From NCBI GenBank assembly GCA_041662065.1, contig JBAZTE010000007.1:134466-198465 (forward strand): a DNA stretch of 64,000 nucleotides, read 5' to 3'. Source of the DNA: Bacteroidales bacterium (GTDB lineage: Bacteria; Bacteroidota; Bacteroidia; Bacteroidales; UBA12481). The notes under the pieces are model-generated. The model searched no databases and had not been told where the DNA came from. It saw only the letters and a program-made list of their open reading frames with translations. Below are positions 10,862 through 20,261 of the stretch, piece by piece. Position numbers and translations under genes: made by a program. Position 1 is the first letter of the stretch. Each line of letters begins with the position of its first letter.

Positions 10862-12259
10862 ATGACATCAAAACTCAAAAACAGAGCGAGGAGATTTTTT
10901 AACCGGGAATACAAATTTGTAAAGAAGGAATTCAAAGAAGTTAAGAGTGAATATAAGTTCTTCAGGAAAATATTCAAAAAGAAGAAGCATGCGATCTGGT
11001 TCGCTTTCATAGCTATAGGCCTGATTCTTGTGGGGTGGGTTGCCGGACACCTGAACTGGGACCTTATTCTGCACCGTGAAATTGCCAAGGCTCCGATTGT
11101 AGTTCAGCCTATTGTATATGATGGATTTGAAATGCCGATTGATTCTTTCGATATTGAAACGATGGAAATCCGTTCGAATCAGTTGCCATCTGAAATCCTC
11201 CTTGACCGGGGAATTTCACTAAGCACGATTGACCGGCTGGCAAAAGAATTCATGCCGATTTTCGACCTGCGCAAAATGAAAGCGGGTAACAACATGTACT
11301 TTTACTATACGCCAGATTCCCTGCACCAACTCCAGTATATGATTTATGAGAAAAATGCATCAGATTACGTGGTGTACAATTTCAGGGATACATTACAGGT
11401 AATTCCGAAACAAAAGGAGATAAAAACCACTGTTAGCTATATTGAGGGCATTATTAACACTTCCCTTTGGAACGCATTAGTTGACAAAGGGATACCAGTT
11501 GAAATGGTCGCCAAAATTGCCAGTGTTTTCCAATGGATGATCGATCCGACCTCCTTAAACAAGGGGGATCGTTTTGAGGTCATTTATGAGAATCAGACAG
11601 TAAACAATGAATCCATTGGTGTAGGTAAAATATTCGCGGCCAGGTTCCTTTATGGTAAAAGGTGGTTTGAAGCATACCAGTTCCAGCAAAATGGAGTTCT
11701 CAGTTACTTTAATGAGAAAGGTGAAAGTTTACGCCGCGCCTTCTTGAAAATGCCTTTTCTCGCAGATCAGCTTTACCGCGTCAGTTCGACCTTTAGCGGT
11801 AGCAGGATGCATCCGGTCCTGAGGATCCGGCGCCCTCATTTTGGTGTTGATTATGCTGTTCCATCCGGAACCCCCATTGTCAGCATCGGTGACGGAAAAG
11901 TAATTGAAAAGGGATACAAGGGCGGTGGTGGCAACACCATTAAGATCAAGCACAATTCCAATTTCACTACCGGGTATATGCACCTAAGAAGTTATGCAGC
12001 AGGAATTAGTGCCGGATCCTCAGTGAGAATGGGTCAGGTTATAGGATATGTCGGGACCACGGGTTTGTCAACCGGTCCGCATCTTGATTTCCGTATCTGG
12101 CAAAATGGCAAGCCGGTAGATCCGCAAAAAGTTGAATCACCGCCGGTAGAGCCGGTCGATCCAAAATTGCGGCATGCTTATGATTCAATCGTCAACGTTT
12201 ACCGTTCGGAGTTTGACCGCTATAAGAAGGGGAATTTAACCTCTCCAAATAATTTTTAA
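10862..12259 (+). CDS. M23-family peptidoglycan metalloendopeptidase, membrane anchored
   Basis: 465 aa. It has a basic N-terminus plus a TM segment, and a C-terminal LytM/M23 signature (HFGVDYAVPSGTPI, GYMHL, GTTGLSTGPHLDFR). Confidence 0.85.
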   Translation: MTSKLKNRARRFFNREYKFVKKEFKEVKSEYKFFRKIFKKKKHAIWFAFIAIGLILVGWVAGHLNWDLILHREIAKAPIVVQPIVYDGFEMPIDSFDIETMEIRSNQLPSEILLDRGISLSTIDRLAKEFMPIFDLRKMKAGNNMYFYYTPDSLHQLQYMIYEKNASDYVVYNFRDTLQVIPKQKEIKTTVSYIEGIINTSLWNALVDKGIPVEMVAKIASVFQWMIDPTSLNKGDRFEVIYENQTVNNESIGVGKIFAARFLYGKRWFEAYQFQQNGVLSYFNEKGESLRRAFLKMPFLADQLYRVSSTFSGSRMHPVLRIRRPHFGVDYAVPSGTPIVSIGDGKVIEKGYKGGGGNTIKIKHNSNFTTGYMHLRSYAAGISAGSSVRMGQVIGYVGTTGLSTGPHLDFRIWQNGKPVDPQKVESPPVEPVDPKLRHAYDSIVNVYRSEFDRYKKGNLTSPNNF

Positions 12260-12803
12260 TCGTTTGCGGGAAATACTGGTGTTCCAGGTGGTGAATCCGG
12301 TTGGCGAGATCATCAGGTAAATCATCGGGCAGCACGGGGCACTCGGCCTGATAAAGGATTTCCCCCCGGTCATATTCCTCATCAATCAGGTGAATGGTTA
12401 TCCCGGATTTCTTGCATCTGTCACGAATGACAGCTTCATGGACCTTCATTCCATACATCCCTTTTCCCCCATAATCAGGTAAGAGGGCGGGATGAATATT
12501 GATGATCCGCCGAGGAAAAGTTATCAACAGGTAGTCCGGAACCAGCCATAAGAATCCGGCCAGTACCAAAATATCAATGGCCTGATCCTTCAGGATTTCG
12601 AGCACCCCCTGTGTGTTGTAAAAGGTATTACGGTTAAATACGGTAACCGGAACCGACAGCATCCTGGCCCGCTCGAGCACAAAAGCATCTGCCTTGTTCG
12701 ACAGGACCAGCTTCACCGAATGGACAGGATCGGCAGCAAAATATCGGATGATCTGTTCGGCATTTGTGCCGGATCCTGAAGCAAAAATTGCTATATTGCT
12801 CAT
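12192..12803 (-). CDS. purN: Phosphoribosylglycinamide formyltransferase
   Basis: 203 aa. It has IAIFASGSGTN, the NIHPALLP motif and the catalytic Asp region. Its 3' end overlaps the convergent M23 gene by 68 nt. Confidence 0.9.
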   Translation of the reverse strand: MSNIAIFASGSGTNAEQIIRYFAADPVHSVKLVLSNKADAFVLERARMLSVPVTVFNRNTFYNTQGVLEILKDQAIDILVLAGFLWLVPDYLLITFPRRIINIHPALLPDYGGKGMYGMKVHEAVIRDRCKKSGITIHLIDEEYDRGEILYQAECPVLPDDLPDDLANRIHHLEHQYFPQTIKNYLERLNSPSYSGQTPNGKR

Positions 12804-12820
12804 ATTTAATATATTACTAT

Positions 12821-12851
12821 TTTCAAAGCAACCGTTTCGGTTGTTTTGAAA
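12821..12851. promoter_or_regulatory. Inverted repeat (13-14 bp arms, 3-bp spacer) 18 nt upstream of the purN start
   Basis: TTTCAAAGCAACCG-TTT-CGGTTGTTTTGAAA, with one G/A mismatch. It could be an operator or a 5'-UTR hairpin; its function is unknown. Confidence 0.3.
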
Positions 12852-13004
12852 GGGTCTTTAAAATTGAGGAATTAACCAGAAATTTAGGTCGCTGAAATAA
12901 AAAAACTCAATTTTTTTGATAATGAGGTGGAGAAGTGCTTTATTTGCATGGCAAAAAACATCAGGATTTTTACTTAATTTATTATTAATTAAAACTTTAA
13001 AGCT

Positions 13005-13244
13005 ATGTCAGACATTGAATCCAGAGTTAAAGCGATTATCGTAGACAAGCTGGGCGTTGACGAATCCGAAGTAACCCGCGAATCCAGCTTCACCAATGAT
13101 CTTGGAGCTGACTCACTGGATACGGTTGAGCTGATTATGGAATTTGAAAAGGAATTTAACCTTGCAATTCCGGATGATCAGGCTGAAACGATCGTAACTG
13201 TAGGTGATGCGGTGAAGTATGTAGAGGCAAACACAAAAGGGTAA
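13005..13244 (+). CDS. acpP: Acyl carrier protein
   Basis: 79 aa with the DLGADSLD phosphopantetheine attachment motif. Confidence 0.95.
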   Translation: MSDIESRVKAIIVDKLGVDESEVTRESSFTNDLGADSLDTVELIMEFEKEFNLAIPDDQAETIVTVGDAVKYVEANTKG

Positions 13245-13269
13245 CTTAACCATAAATTGGGTAAGGAAT

Positions 13270-14523
13270 ATGGCATTAAAACGGGTAGTCGTAACAGGTC
13301 TCGGTGCTTTGACGCCGATCGGTAATACCGTACAGGAGTTCCGTGAATCATTGTTTAGTGGTGTGAGCGGAGCTGTTCCGATTACCCGTTTTGATACATC
13401 CCTCTTCAAGACAAAGTTTGCCTGTGAACTCAGGAATTATGATATAGGCAATTTTTTTGATCGCAAGGAAGGAAGAAAGTTGGATCCGTATTGTCAGTAT
13501 GCCATAATAAGTGCTGATGAAGCCATCAAGGATTCAGGTCTCAATATGGATACCATTGATAAGGACCGGGTCGGTGTTATCATGTCATCGGGTATCGGCG
13601 GAATGCAAACCTTTGAAGATGAGATTGCCAATTTTGCCAGGGGCGATGGCACGCCTCGTTTCAACCCGTTTTTTGTCCCCAAAATGATTTCTGATATCGC
13701 ATCGGGACAGATTTCCATCAAATATGGTTTTCGCGGTCCCAACTATTGCACAGTTGCAGCTTGTGCCTCTTCGACTGTTTCCCTGATCAACGGATTGGAT
13801 CATATTCGTTTAGGCCGTGCTGATATCATGGTTGCCGGGGGCTCCGAAGCTCCGGTTACAACAGGAGGATTGGCAGGTTTTAACGCCCTCCATGCCCTCT
13901 CTACCCGTAATGATGATCCTGCAACCGCTTCCAGGCCTTTCGACCTTGACCGTGACGGATTTGTAATGGGAGAAGGTGGTGGTTCGCTTGTTCTCGAAGA
14001 ATATGAACATGCCATCAAACGGGGCGCCAGGATTTATTGCGAACTCGTTGGCGGCGGTTTATCTGCGGATGCTTATCACCTGACGGCTCCGCATCCCGAA
14101 GGGCTGGGTGCTGCCCTGGTCATGGTTAACTCCTTGAGAGATGCCGGAATTCGACCGGAAGACATCGATTACATAAACGTACACGGCACTTCTACCCCTC
14201 TGGGAGATATTGCCGAACCACTGGCTGTTCTTTCTGTATTTAAAGAACATGCCTATAAGCTTAGCATAAGTGCTACCAAGTCAATGCATGGCCATTTGTT
14301 GGGTGCCGCCGGTGCCGTTGAAGCCATTGCCTGCGTTTTGGCCATCACAGAAAACAAGATCCCGCCTACAATCAATCACTTTACGGATGATCCGCAGATT
14401 GACGGCAAGCTGGATTTTACATTCAATAAAGCCAAGGAACGCGAAGTCAGGTGTGCACTTAGCAATACATTCGGATTCGGTGGACATAATGCCACCGTCA
14501 TATTTAAAAAAATGGATGCCTGA
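13270..14523 (+). CDS. fabF: 3-oxoacyl-ACP synthase II
   Basis: 417 aa. It has the active-site Cys (TVAACASS), both His motifs (NVHGTST, KSMHGHLLGAAG) and a C-terminal NTFGFGGHN. Confidence 0.95.
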   Translation: MALKRVVVTGLGALTPIGNTVQEFRESLFSGVSGAVPITRFDTSLFKTKFACELRNYDIGNFFDRKEGRKLDPYCQYAIISADEAIKDSGLNMDTIDKDRVGVIMSSGIGGMQTFEDEIANFARGDGTPRFNPFFVPKMISDIASGQISIKYGFRGPNYCTVAACASSTVSLINGLDHIRLGRADIMVAGGSEAPVTTGGLAGFNALHALSTRNDDPATASRPFDLDRDGFVMGEGGGSLVLEEYEHAIKRGARIYCELVGGGLSADAYHLTAPHPEGLGAALVMVNSLRDAGIRPEDIDYINVHGTSTPLGDIAEPLAVLSVFKEHAYKLSISATKSMHGHLLGAAGAVEAIACVLAITENKIPPTINHFTDDPQIDGKLDFTFNKAKEREVRCALSNTFGFGGHNATVIFKKMDA

Positions 14524-14526
14524 CCC

Positions 14527-15216
14527 GTGAAGGGCTCTCCAAAAAAGCTTTTCTATTCCCGTTTAATCCGAATTTTGGGCTTCCTGCCAGGAAAAATCGG
14601 ATTGTATGAACTTGCTTTCATCCATAAATCAGCTTCCCTGTCCGACTCCAAAGGCAATCCCCTCAACTATGAGCGGCTTGAATATCTTGGTGATGCCGTT
14701 TTAGGAGTCATTGTTGCAGAATTTCTTTACATACAATTTCCCGACCGTAACGAGGGCTTTCTGACAAAAATGCGTTCCAAACTGGTGAACGGCGATCATT
14801 TGTCCCTTCTCACCCAGCAAATGGGATTGAACATTTTACTCGATAACCGGATTCAGAATGAGCAGGCCAACCGTCATATATTGGGTGATACCTTTGAAGC
14901 GCTGATCGGGGCCATCTATCTCGATAAAGGGTACCGGAAAACCAGGAGATTTGTTCTGAACAAAGTAATCAGGAAACACATCGACCTGGTTGAACTGGAG
15001 AAAAATGAAACCAACTTCAAGAGCCAGTTAATCGAATGGGCCCAGAAAAACAGGAAAGAGATCACCTTCTATACTGATATTGAGCCTTATGATCCTACTC
15101 ACTTCATCTCCTTTGTGAGTATTGGTGACACTTTATTCGGCAGCGGCACCGGAGTTTCCAAAAAGGAAGCCGAACAGAGTGCCGCTTTGGAAACCCTTCA
15201 GGAGCTAAACGTTTAA
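14527..15216 (+). CDS. rnc: Ribonuclease III
   Basis: 229 aa with a GTG start. It has the ERLEYLGDAVL RNase III signature, the FEALIGAIYLD motif and a C-terminal dsRBD. Confidence 0.9.
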   Translation: MKGSPKKLFYSRLIRILGFLPGKIGLYELAFIHKSASLSDSKGNPLNYERLEYLGDAVLGVIVAEFLYIQFPDRNEGFLTKMRSKLVNGDHLSLLTQQMGLNILLDNRIQNEQANRHILGDTFEALIGAIYLDKGYRKTRRFVLNKVIRKHIDLVELEKNETNFKSQLIEWAQKNRKEITFYTDIEPYDPTHFISFVSIGDTLFGSGTGVSKKEAEQSAALETLQELNV

Positions 15217-15217
15217 A

Positions 15218-15634
15218 ATGGACAAAATCAGGAGATTTCCTCTGCCGCCGAATACAGAGTCCACTGTATATGGTTTGGGAATCCTGACCGATGAACCGGA
15301 TTACCGGCTATGCTGGCTGCTCAATCATTGTTTCGCCTGGGATCTGGTAAGAACCGCGGATCTGGTGGTACAGGACAAGAAAAGCTCCATCTTCCAGACT
15401 TATTCCAGTTTCTCGGGCCATTCGCCGCATCAGCAGGAAATCCGGTTGTTCAGCAACCGTTCTGTTGAAGGCCACTGGCTGACCATTTTTCAACAGGTGG
15501 ACTACCTCCTTGTTGTCCCGGCTGACGACCCGGATTCCCAGCATCTCGACGAGCTCAAAAGCACCATGGGTTCAAAGATACCGCAGATCAGGGGGTTATT
15601 CAAAGTGCCATTACCATCCTTTTGCTATCTTTGA
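15218..15634 (+). CDS. IPExxxVDY-family protein (conserved Bacteroidota protein of unknown function)
   Basis: 138 aa. From memory it resembles that family in the DYRLCWLLN, QQVDYLLVV and IPQIRG segments. No function is known. Confidence 0.5.
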   Translation: MDKIRRFPLPPNTESTVYGLGILTDEPDYRLCWLLNHCFAWDLVRTADLVVQDKKSSIFQTYSSFSGHSPHQQEIRLFSNRSVEGHWLTIFQQVDYLLVVPADDPDSQHLDELKSTMGSKIPQIRGLFKVPLPSFCYL

Positions 15635-15638
15635 TGGC

Positions 15639-17225
15639 ATGAGGAGGACTTTCATCTGGATTTTATCAATTGTCAGTTCGGCAGCTGTCATCGCGCTCAT
15701 CTTCATTCAGCTGATGTGGGTTCAGGATGCATTTGAGATCAAGAAACAGCAATTCAACCTGCACATCAATAAAATTCTGGCCCAGATTACGTCTAAACTT
15801 GAACTCAAGGAAACATATAACCAGATCCAGGGAGAACTGGTGCGGTCGGGCGACAGCCTCGGATTAAGCAGGCTCAACCTCCCGAAAACAATCACTACAA
15901 CAGAAGACAACCAGGCTTACGATTCTCCCGAAATCGACCAGAGTAATTACTCTTTTCAAGACGGGAACCCCGGCAATATTGAGACGCAGGTTGGCTTGAT
16001 TTCAGGGGATACCTCTTTGTCGGTTCCGGAAAGTTCCGTATACCAGACTGATGCATCAAGCAATGTACGGAGGTCAGCCAAACCGCGAGTATTAACCGAT
16101 CCCACAGCCAACCTCTTACGGACCAATAAAAAAGTATATATCGAGAAGGTGATTGATCAGATCGTTCAGAATGAAGGCCGGATAGAGGAGAGACTGAGCT
16201 ACAGTACGCTTGATAGTTTGATCCGGGGTGAATTCGACGAAAAAGAGCTGACGCTGCCCTTTGAATTTGCCGTTCGAACTGGAAATGTACGATACACCCT
16301 TCGCAGCGCCGGATTCAACCCGATGGTTAAATTCCAGAAATATAAATCACTGCTGTTTCCCCACGATATCAAGGCATCTCCTAATTTTCTCATCATCTAT
16401 TTCCCCACCCGGGAAAATTACCTGTTCCGATCGGTCGGAACAATGGCCGGAGCATCCCTGACCCTTGCTCTTATAATCCTAGTCGTCTCATTTGTTGCTA
16501 TTTACGTCATTTTCAGACAAAAGAAACTTTCGGAAATCAAGAATGATTTTGTCAATAACATGACACATGAACTAAAGACACCGATTTCAACGATCTCCCT
16601 GGCTTCGCAAATGCTGGCTGATAAAAGCCTGAGCAATGATGCTAAAAACCTTGAGCATATCTCCATGCTTATTCAGCAGGAGAGCAAACGATTAGGAAAT
16701 CAGGTGGAAAGGGTACTCGAGATGTCCATACTCGAAGAGGGTAATATGAGTCTGAGAATCCAGCCGGTGAAATTTGACACTCTCGTAAGACAGGCTGTTG
16801 AAAAAATAGCCCTGCAGATTCAGAAACGCAACGGTTCGATCGAAGTTGACCTTCATACCGGGGATGAACCCATCGAAGGGGATGAAACGCATTTGACCAA
16901 TGTGGTATTCAACCTGATCGACAATGCCATGAAATACTGCCATAATGAACCGCTCATCAGTATTTCCACCCACTCCACTTCAAGGACCATCCAGGTGAAG
17001 ATCAGCGATAATGGCATCGGTATCAGCAAGGAACATCTCAATAAGATTTTCGATAAATTTTATCGGGTACCCACGGGTAATGTTCATGATGTAAAGGGAT
17101 TCGGATTGGGGTTAAGCTATGTTAAGAAAGTGATCGAACAGCATCACGGGACCATTTCTGTTTCAAGTGAGCCCAATGTGGGCACTACCTTTACTTTGAT
17201 TATCCCTAAAAAACAAAAATCATGA
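15639..17225 (+). CDS. Sensor histidine kinase (two TM, about 270-aa extracytoplasmic domain)
   Basis: It has an H-box (FVNNMTHELKTPIS), N-box (NLIDNAMKY) and G-boxes (DNGIGI, GFGLGLSYV). I place the start at ATG 15639, immediately after the upstream stop, not at 15510. Confidence 0.85.
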   Translation: MRRTFIWILSIVSSAAVIALIFIQLMWVQDAFEIKKQQFNLHINKILAQITSKLELKETYNQIQGELVRSGDSLGLSRLNLPKTITTTEDNQAYDSPEIDQSNYSFQDGNPGNIETQVGLISGDTSLSVPESSVYQTDASSNVRRSAKPRVLTDPTANLLRTNKKVYIEKVIDQIVQNEGRIEERLSYSTLDSLIRGEFDEKELTLPFEFAVRTGNVRYTLRSAGFNPMVKFQKYKSLLFPHDIKASPNFLIIYFPTRENYLFRSVGTMAGASLTLALIILVVSFVAIYVIFRQKKLSEIKNDFVNNMTHELKTPISTISLASQMLADKSLSNDAKNLEHISMLIQQESKRLGNQVERVLEMSILEEGNMSLRIQPVKFDTLVRQAVEKIALQIQKRNGSIEVDLHTGDEPIEGDETHLTNVVFNLIDNAMKYCHNEPLISISTHSTSRTIQVKISDNGIGISKEHLNKIFDKFYRVPTGNVHDVKGFGLGLSYVKKVIEQHHGTISVSSEPNVGTTFTLIIPKKQKS

Positions 17226-17914
17226 CGGCAATCAGCGGCAGAATTCTTTTGGTTGAGGATGATGCAAACCTCGGTACCCTTTTGCGCGAGTATTTAAAAG
17301 CCAAAGGGTATACCACCACGTTGGAGGCTGACGGCGAGAAAGGTTACCGGGCATTCAAAAAGGACCATTTCGATCTGTGCATTCTGGATATCATGCTACC
17401 GGTAAAAGATGGATTTACCCTGGCCAGGGATATCAGGATACAGAATCCTGATATTCCGATCATTTTCCTGACGGCAAAATCAATGAAAACTGACATACTC
17501 GAGGGGTTCAGAGCGGGAGCGGATGATTATATGACGAAGCCGTTCAGCATGGAAGAACTTCTCCTTCGTATTGAGGCCGTTTTGCGGCGCACCACGCGGA
17601 CCGAGCAACAGGAGGTCTTCGTCCTTGGAAAGTATGTTTTTGATGCCAACAAGCAGCTTTTGGTAAGTGATGCGAAAACCATCAATCTCACCACCAAGGA
17701 ATCCGATCTGCTGAAGATGCTTTGCCAGCACCCCAACCAGGTACTCGAAAGGAATTATGCTTTAAAATCGATCTGGAAGGACGACAACTACTTCAATGCC
17801 AGAAGCATGGATGTATACATCACCAAGATCAGGAAACTCCTCAGCGATGAACCCGGGATCCAGATCCTGAATGTGCACGGGAAAGGTTATAAACTCTTGA
17901 AGGAGCAGCTTTAA
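17222..17914 (+). CDS. OmpR/PhoB-family response regulator
   Basis: 230 aa. It has a receiver domain (DD..D..K) and a winged-helix C-terminus. The start overlaps the kinase stop by 4 nt. Confidence 0.9.
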   Translation: MTAISGRILLVEDDANLGTLLREYLKAKGYTTTLEADGEKGYRAFKKDHFDLCILDIMLPVKDGFTLARDIRIQNPDIPIIFLTAKSMKTDILEGFRAGADDYMTKPFSMEELLLRIEAVLRRTTRTEQQEVFVLGKYVFDANKQLLVSDAKTINLTTKESDLLKMLCQHPNQVLERNYALKSIWKDDNYFNARSMDVYITKIRKLLSDEPGIQILNVHGKGYKLLKEQL

Positions 17915-19698
17915 TCGAGCTTGAGAACAGCCAGGAATGCAGATTGTGGTACTTCCACATTACCAATCTGTTTCATTTTCTTCTTCCCTTTTTTCTGCTT
18001 TTCAAGAAGCTTGCGTTTCCGGGTAATATCCCCGCCATAACATTTAGCTGTTACATCCTTACGGAAGGCTTTGATGGTTTCACGGGCAATGATCTTTGCC
18101 CCGATGGCTGCCTGGATGGCAATATCAAATTGCTGCCTTGGGATCAGTTCGCGAAGTTTCTCACACATCCTTCGGCCGAAGCGGTAAGCGTTGTCCACGT
18201 GGATCAGGGTGGAGAGGGCATCCACAGACTCCCCGTTGAGCATGATATCGAGCTTGACCAGTTTCCCGGGTTTAAAAGCAGTCTGAAAATAATCGAATGA
18301 AGCGTATCCGCGGGAGATAGATTTCAATTTATCGTAAAAATCGAAAACAATTTCAGCCAGGGGCAGTTCAAAGCTAAGTTCCACACGGTCCTGGGTGAGG
18401 TACACCTGCGACCGCAATTCGCCTCTTTTATCGAGGCAGAGTTTCATGATAGCCCCGATGAATTCGGGCATCGTAATGATCTGGGCTTTAATATAGGGCT
18501 CTTCGATACGGTCAATTTCGGTTGGATCGGGCAAACCCGACGGATTATACACGTCAATCCTGTCGCCCTTGCGTCCGTAAACATGGTAAAAAACGTTCGG
18601 CACCGTGGAGATAACGTTCATGTCAAACTCACGGTCGAGCCGTTCCTGAACGATCTCCATGTGAAGGAGCCCAAGGAAACCGCAGCGGAAACCAAATCCC
18701 AACGCAGCGGAGGATTCAGGCTCATAAGTTAAAGAAGCATCATTCAGGACGAGTTTTTCCAATGCATCCCTCAGATCTTCATAATCATCAGTATCGATCG
18801 GATAAAGTCCGGCAAATACCATTGGTTTAACCAGTTCAAATCCTTCGATCGCTTCCTTGCAGGGGCGGTCGACATGTGTAATGGTATCGCCCACCTTCAC
18901 TTCTTTTGAAGCTTTTATCCCGGAAATGATATAACCCACATCGCCCGTGCTGAGTTTATCTTTCGGAAACAACCCCAGCCTGAGGACCCCGATTTCATCG
19001 GCCTCATATTCCTTACCGGTATTGAAGAACTTAACATGATCGCCCTTGCGTATTTCGCCGTTCATGATTTTAAAATAGGCCAGAACACCGCGATAGGAAT
19101 TGAACAGGGAATCAAAGATCAAGGCCTGAAGGGGTGCATGGGGATCACCCCCGGGAGAAGGAATGTTCTCAACGATCCGTTCGAGAATCTGATCCACGCC
19201 AAAGCCAGTTTTCCCGCTCGCCTGGATAATATCTTCCTTTTTACATCCCACCAGTTCGATGATCTGTTCGGTTACCTCATCAGGCATTGCTGCAGGCAAA
19301 TCCATTTTATTCAGCACCGGGATAATGGTGAGGTTATGGTCCATGGCCTGGTACAGAACGGATATCGACTGGGCCTGGATGCCCTGGGTGGCATCCACAA
19401 CCAGTAATGCGCCTTCACACGCTGCGATGGCGCGTGATACTTCGTATGAAAAATCCACATGTCCGGGGGTGTCAATCAGGTTCAGGATATAATCCTCATT
19501 ACCCTTCCGGTATTTCATCTGGATAGCGTGGCTTTTGATGGTAATTCCGCGTTCCCGCTCCAGGTCCATGTTGTCGAGAACCTGCTCCTGCATATCCTTG
19601 CCTGTCACGGTATTGGTGACTTCGAGCAAACGGTCGGCCAAGGTGCTTTTCCCATGGTCAATATGGGCAATGATACAAAAATTACGAAGGTTCTTCAT
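17911..19698 (-). CDS. lepA: Translation elongation factor 4
   Basis: 595 aa. It has GTPase motifs ([18 protein letters not shown]) and the LepA-specific C-terminal domain. Confidence 0.95.
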   Translation of the reverse strand: MKNLRNFCIIAHIDHGKSTLADRLLEVTNTVTGKDMQEQVLDNMDLERERGITIKSHAIQMKYRKGNEDYILNLIDTPGHVDFSYEVSRAIAACEGALLVVDATQGIQAQSISVLYQAMDHNLTIIPVLNKMDLPAAMPDEVTEQIIELVGCKKEDIIQASGKTGFGVDQILERIVENIPSPGGDPHAPLQALIFDSLFNSYRGVLAYFKIMNGEIRKGDHVKFFNTGKEYEADEIGVLRLGLFPKDKLSTGDVGYIISGIKASKEVKVGDTITHVDRPCKEAIEGFELVKPMVFAGLYPIDTDDYEDLRDALEKLVLNDASLTYEPESSAALGFGFRCGFLGLLHMEIVQERLDREFDMNVISTVPNVFYHVYGRKGDRIDVYNPSGLPDPTEIDRIEEPYIKAQIITMPEFIGAIMKLCLDKRGELRSQVYLTQDRVELSFELPLAEIVFDFYDKLKSISRGYASFDYFQTAFKPGKLVKLDIMLNGESVDALSTLIHVDNAYRFGRRMCEKLRELIPRQQFDIAIQAAIGAKIIARETIKAFRKDVTAKCYGGDITRKRKLLEKQKKGKKKMKQIGNVEVPQSAFLAVLKLD

Positions 19699-19725
19699 GC
19701 GATTCGACAGGGGCTAAATTTGGCG

Positions 19726-19733
19726 CAAAGGTA
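19726..19733 (-). promoter_or_regulatory. Candidate -7 promoter box (TACCTTTG) for lepA
   Basis: Exact TAnnTTTG match on the minus strand, about 28 nt upstream of the lepA ATG. Confidence 0.45.
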
Positions 19734-19737
19734 ACAA

Positions 19738-19826
19738 ATTGTTCGGCTTCGCCTCACAAAATGGTTCGGCTTCGCCTCACTAATTGGTTCGCTTGCGCTC
19801 ACTAATTGGCTCCCTGCGGTCGCTAA
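19738..19826. repeat. Four tandem degenerate direct repeats of 21-23 bp
   Basis: The units are ATTGTTCGGCTTCGCCTCACAAA, ATGGTTCGGCTTCGCCTCACTAA, TTGGTTCGCTTGCGCTCACTAA and TTGGCTCCCTGCGGTCGCTAA. They fill the entire gap between the ridA-like stop and the lepA promoter. Confidence 0.8.
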
Positions 19827-20252
19827 TCAATGCTTTGTCGCGATGCCTGAGATCTCTACGTCGGCGTCCTTGGGGAGACGGCCGATCTGGATAGCAGCCC
19901 GGGCGGGGAATTTCTTGTTTTCAAAGAAAGTGGCATAGGCTTCATTTATCGCGGCATAATTGTCCATATCGGTCATATAGATATTGACCATCACCAGGTC
20001 TTCATATTCCAAACTATTATCCTTCAGCAGTTTACCGATGTTTTTCATACACTGTTCGGTGGCCTTTTTGATGTCGCCCTTGATCATGATGCCGGTTTCC
20101 GGAACAATGGGAATCTGTCCCGAAATGTAAAGCGTACCGTTAGCCATGACGGCACTTGTATAGGGAGCGATCGGCTTTGGCGCGACATCTTGCGACACTA
20201 AAGTGCAAGCACCAAACAACAAAAGACAAATAACAAAAAGTGTTGATTTCAT
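19827..20252 (-). CDS. RidA/YjgF-family protein with N-terminal signal peptide (probable lipoprotein)
   Basis: 141 aa. It has the signal MKSTLFVICLLLFGAC followed by a RidA fold (YTSAVMANGTLYISGQIP, PARAAIQIGRLP). Confidence 0.85.
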   Translation of the reverse strand: MKSTLFVICLLLFGACTLVSQDVAPKPIAPYTSAVMANGTLYISGQIPIVPETGIMIKGDIKKATEQCMKNIGKLLKDNSLEYEDLVMVNIYMTDMDNYAAINEAYATFFENKKFPARAAIQIGRLPKDADVEISGIATKH

Positions 20253-20261
20253 AAGTTGGGC

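Noticed and set aside
15510-15638. ORF-track N-terminal extension of the histidine kinase that overlaps the upstream gene by 125 nt
   Set aside because: The extension (MLSRLTTRIPS..) is out of character. ATG 15639 follows the upstream stop by 4 nt and leads directly into the first TM segment.
19738-19826. Possible CRISPR array (this region and the heptad tract at 47756..47795)
   Set aside because: The repeats are directly abutting with no spacers. The units are too short or degenerate, and no cas genes are present in the window.
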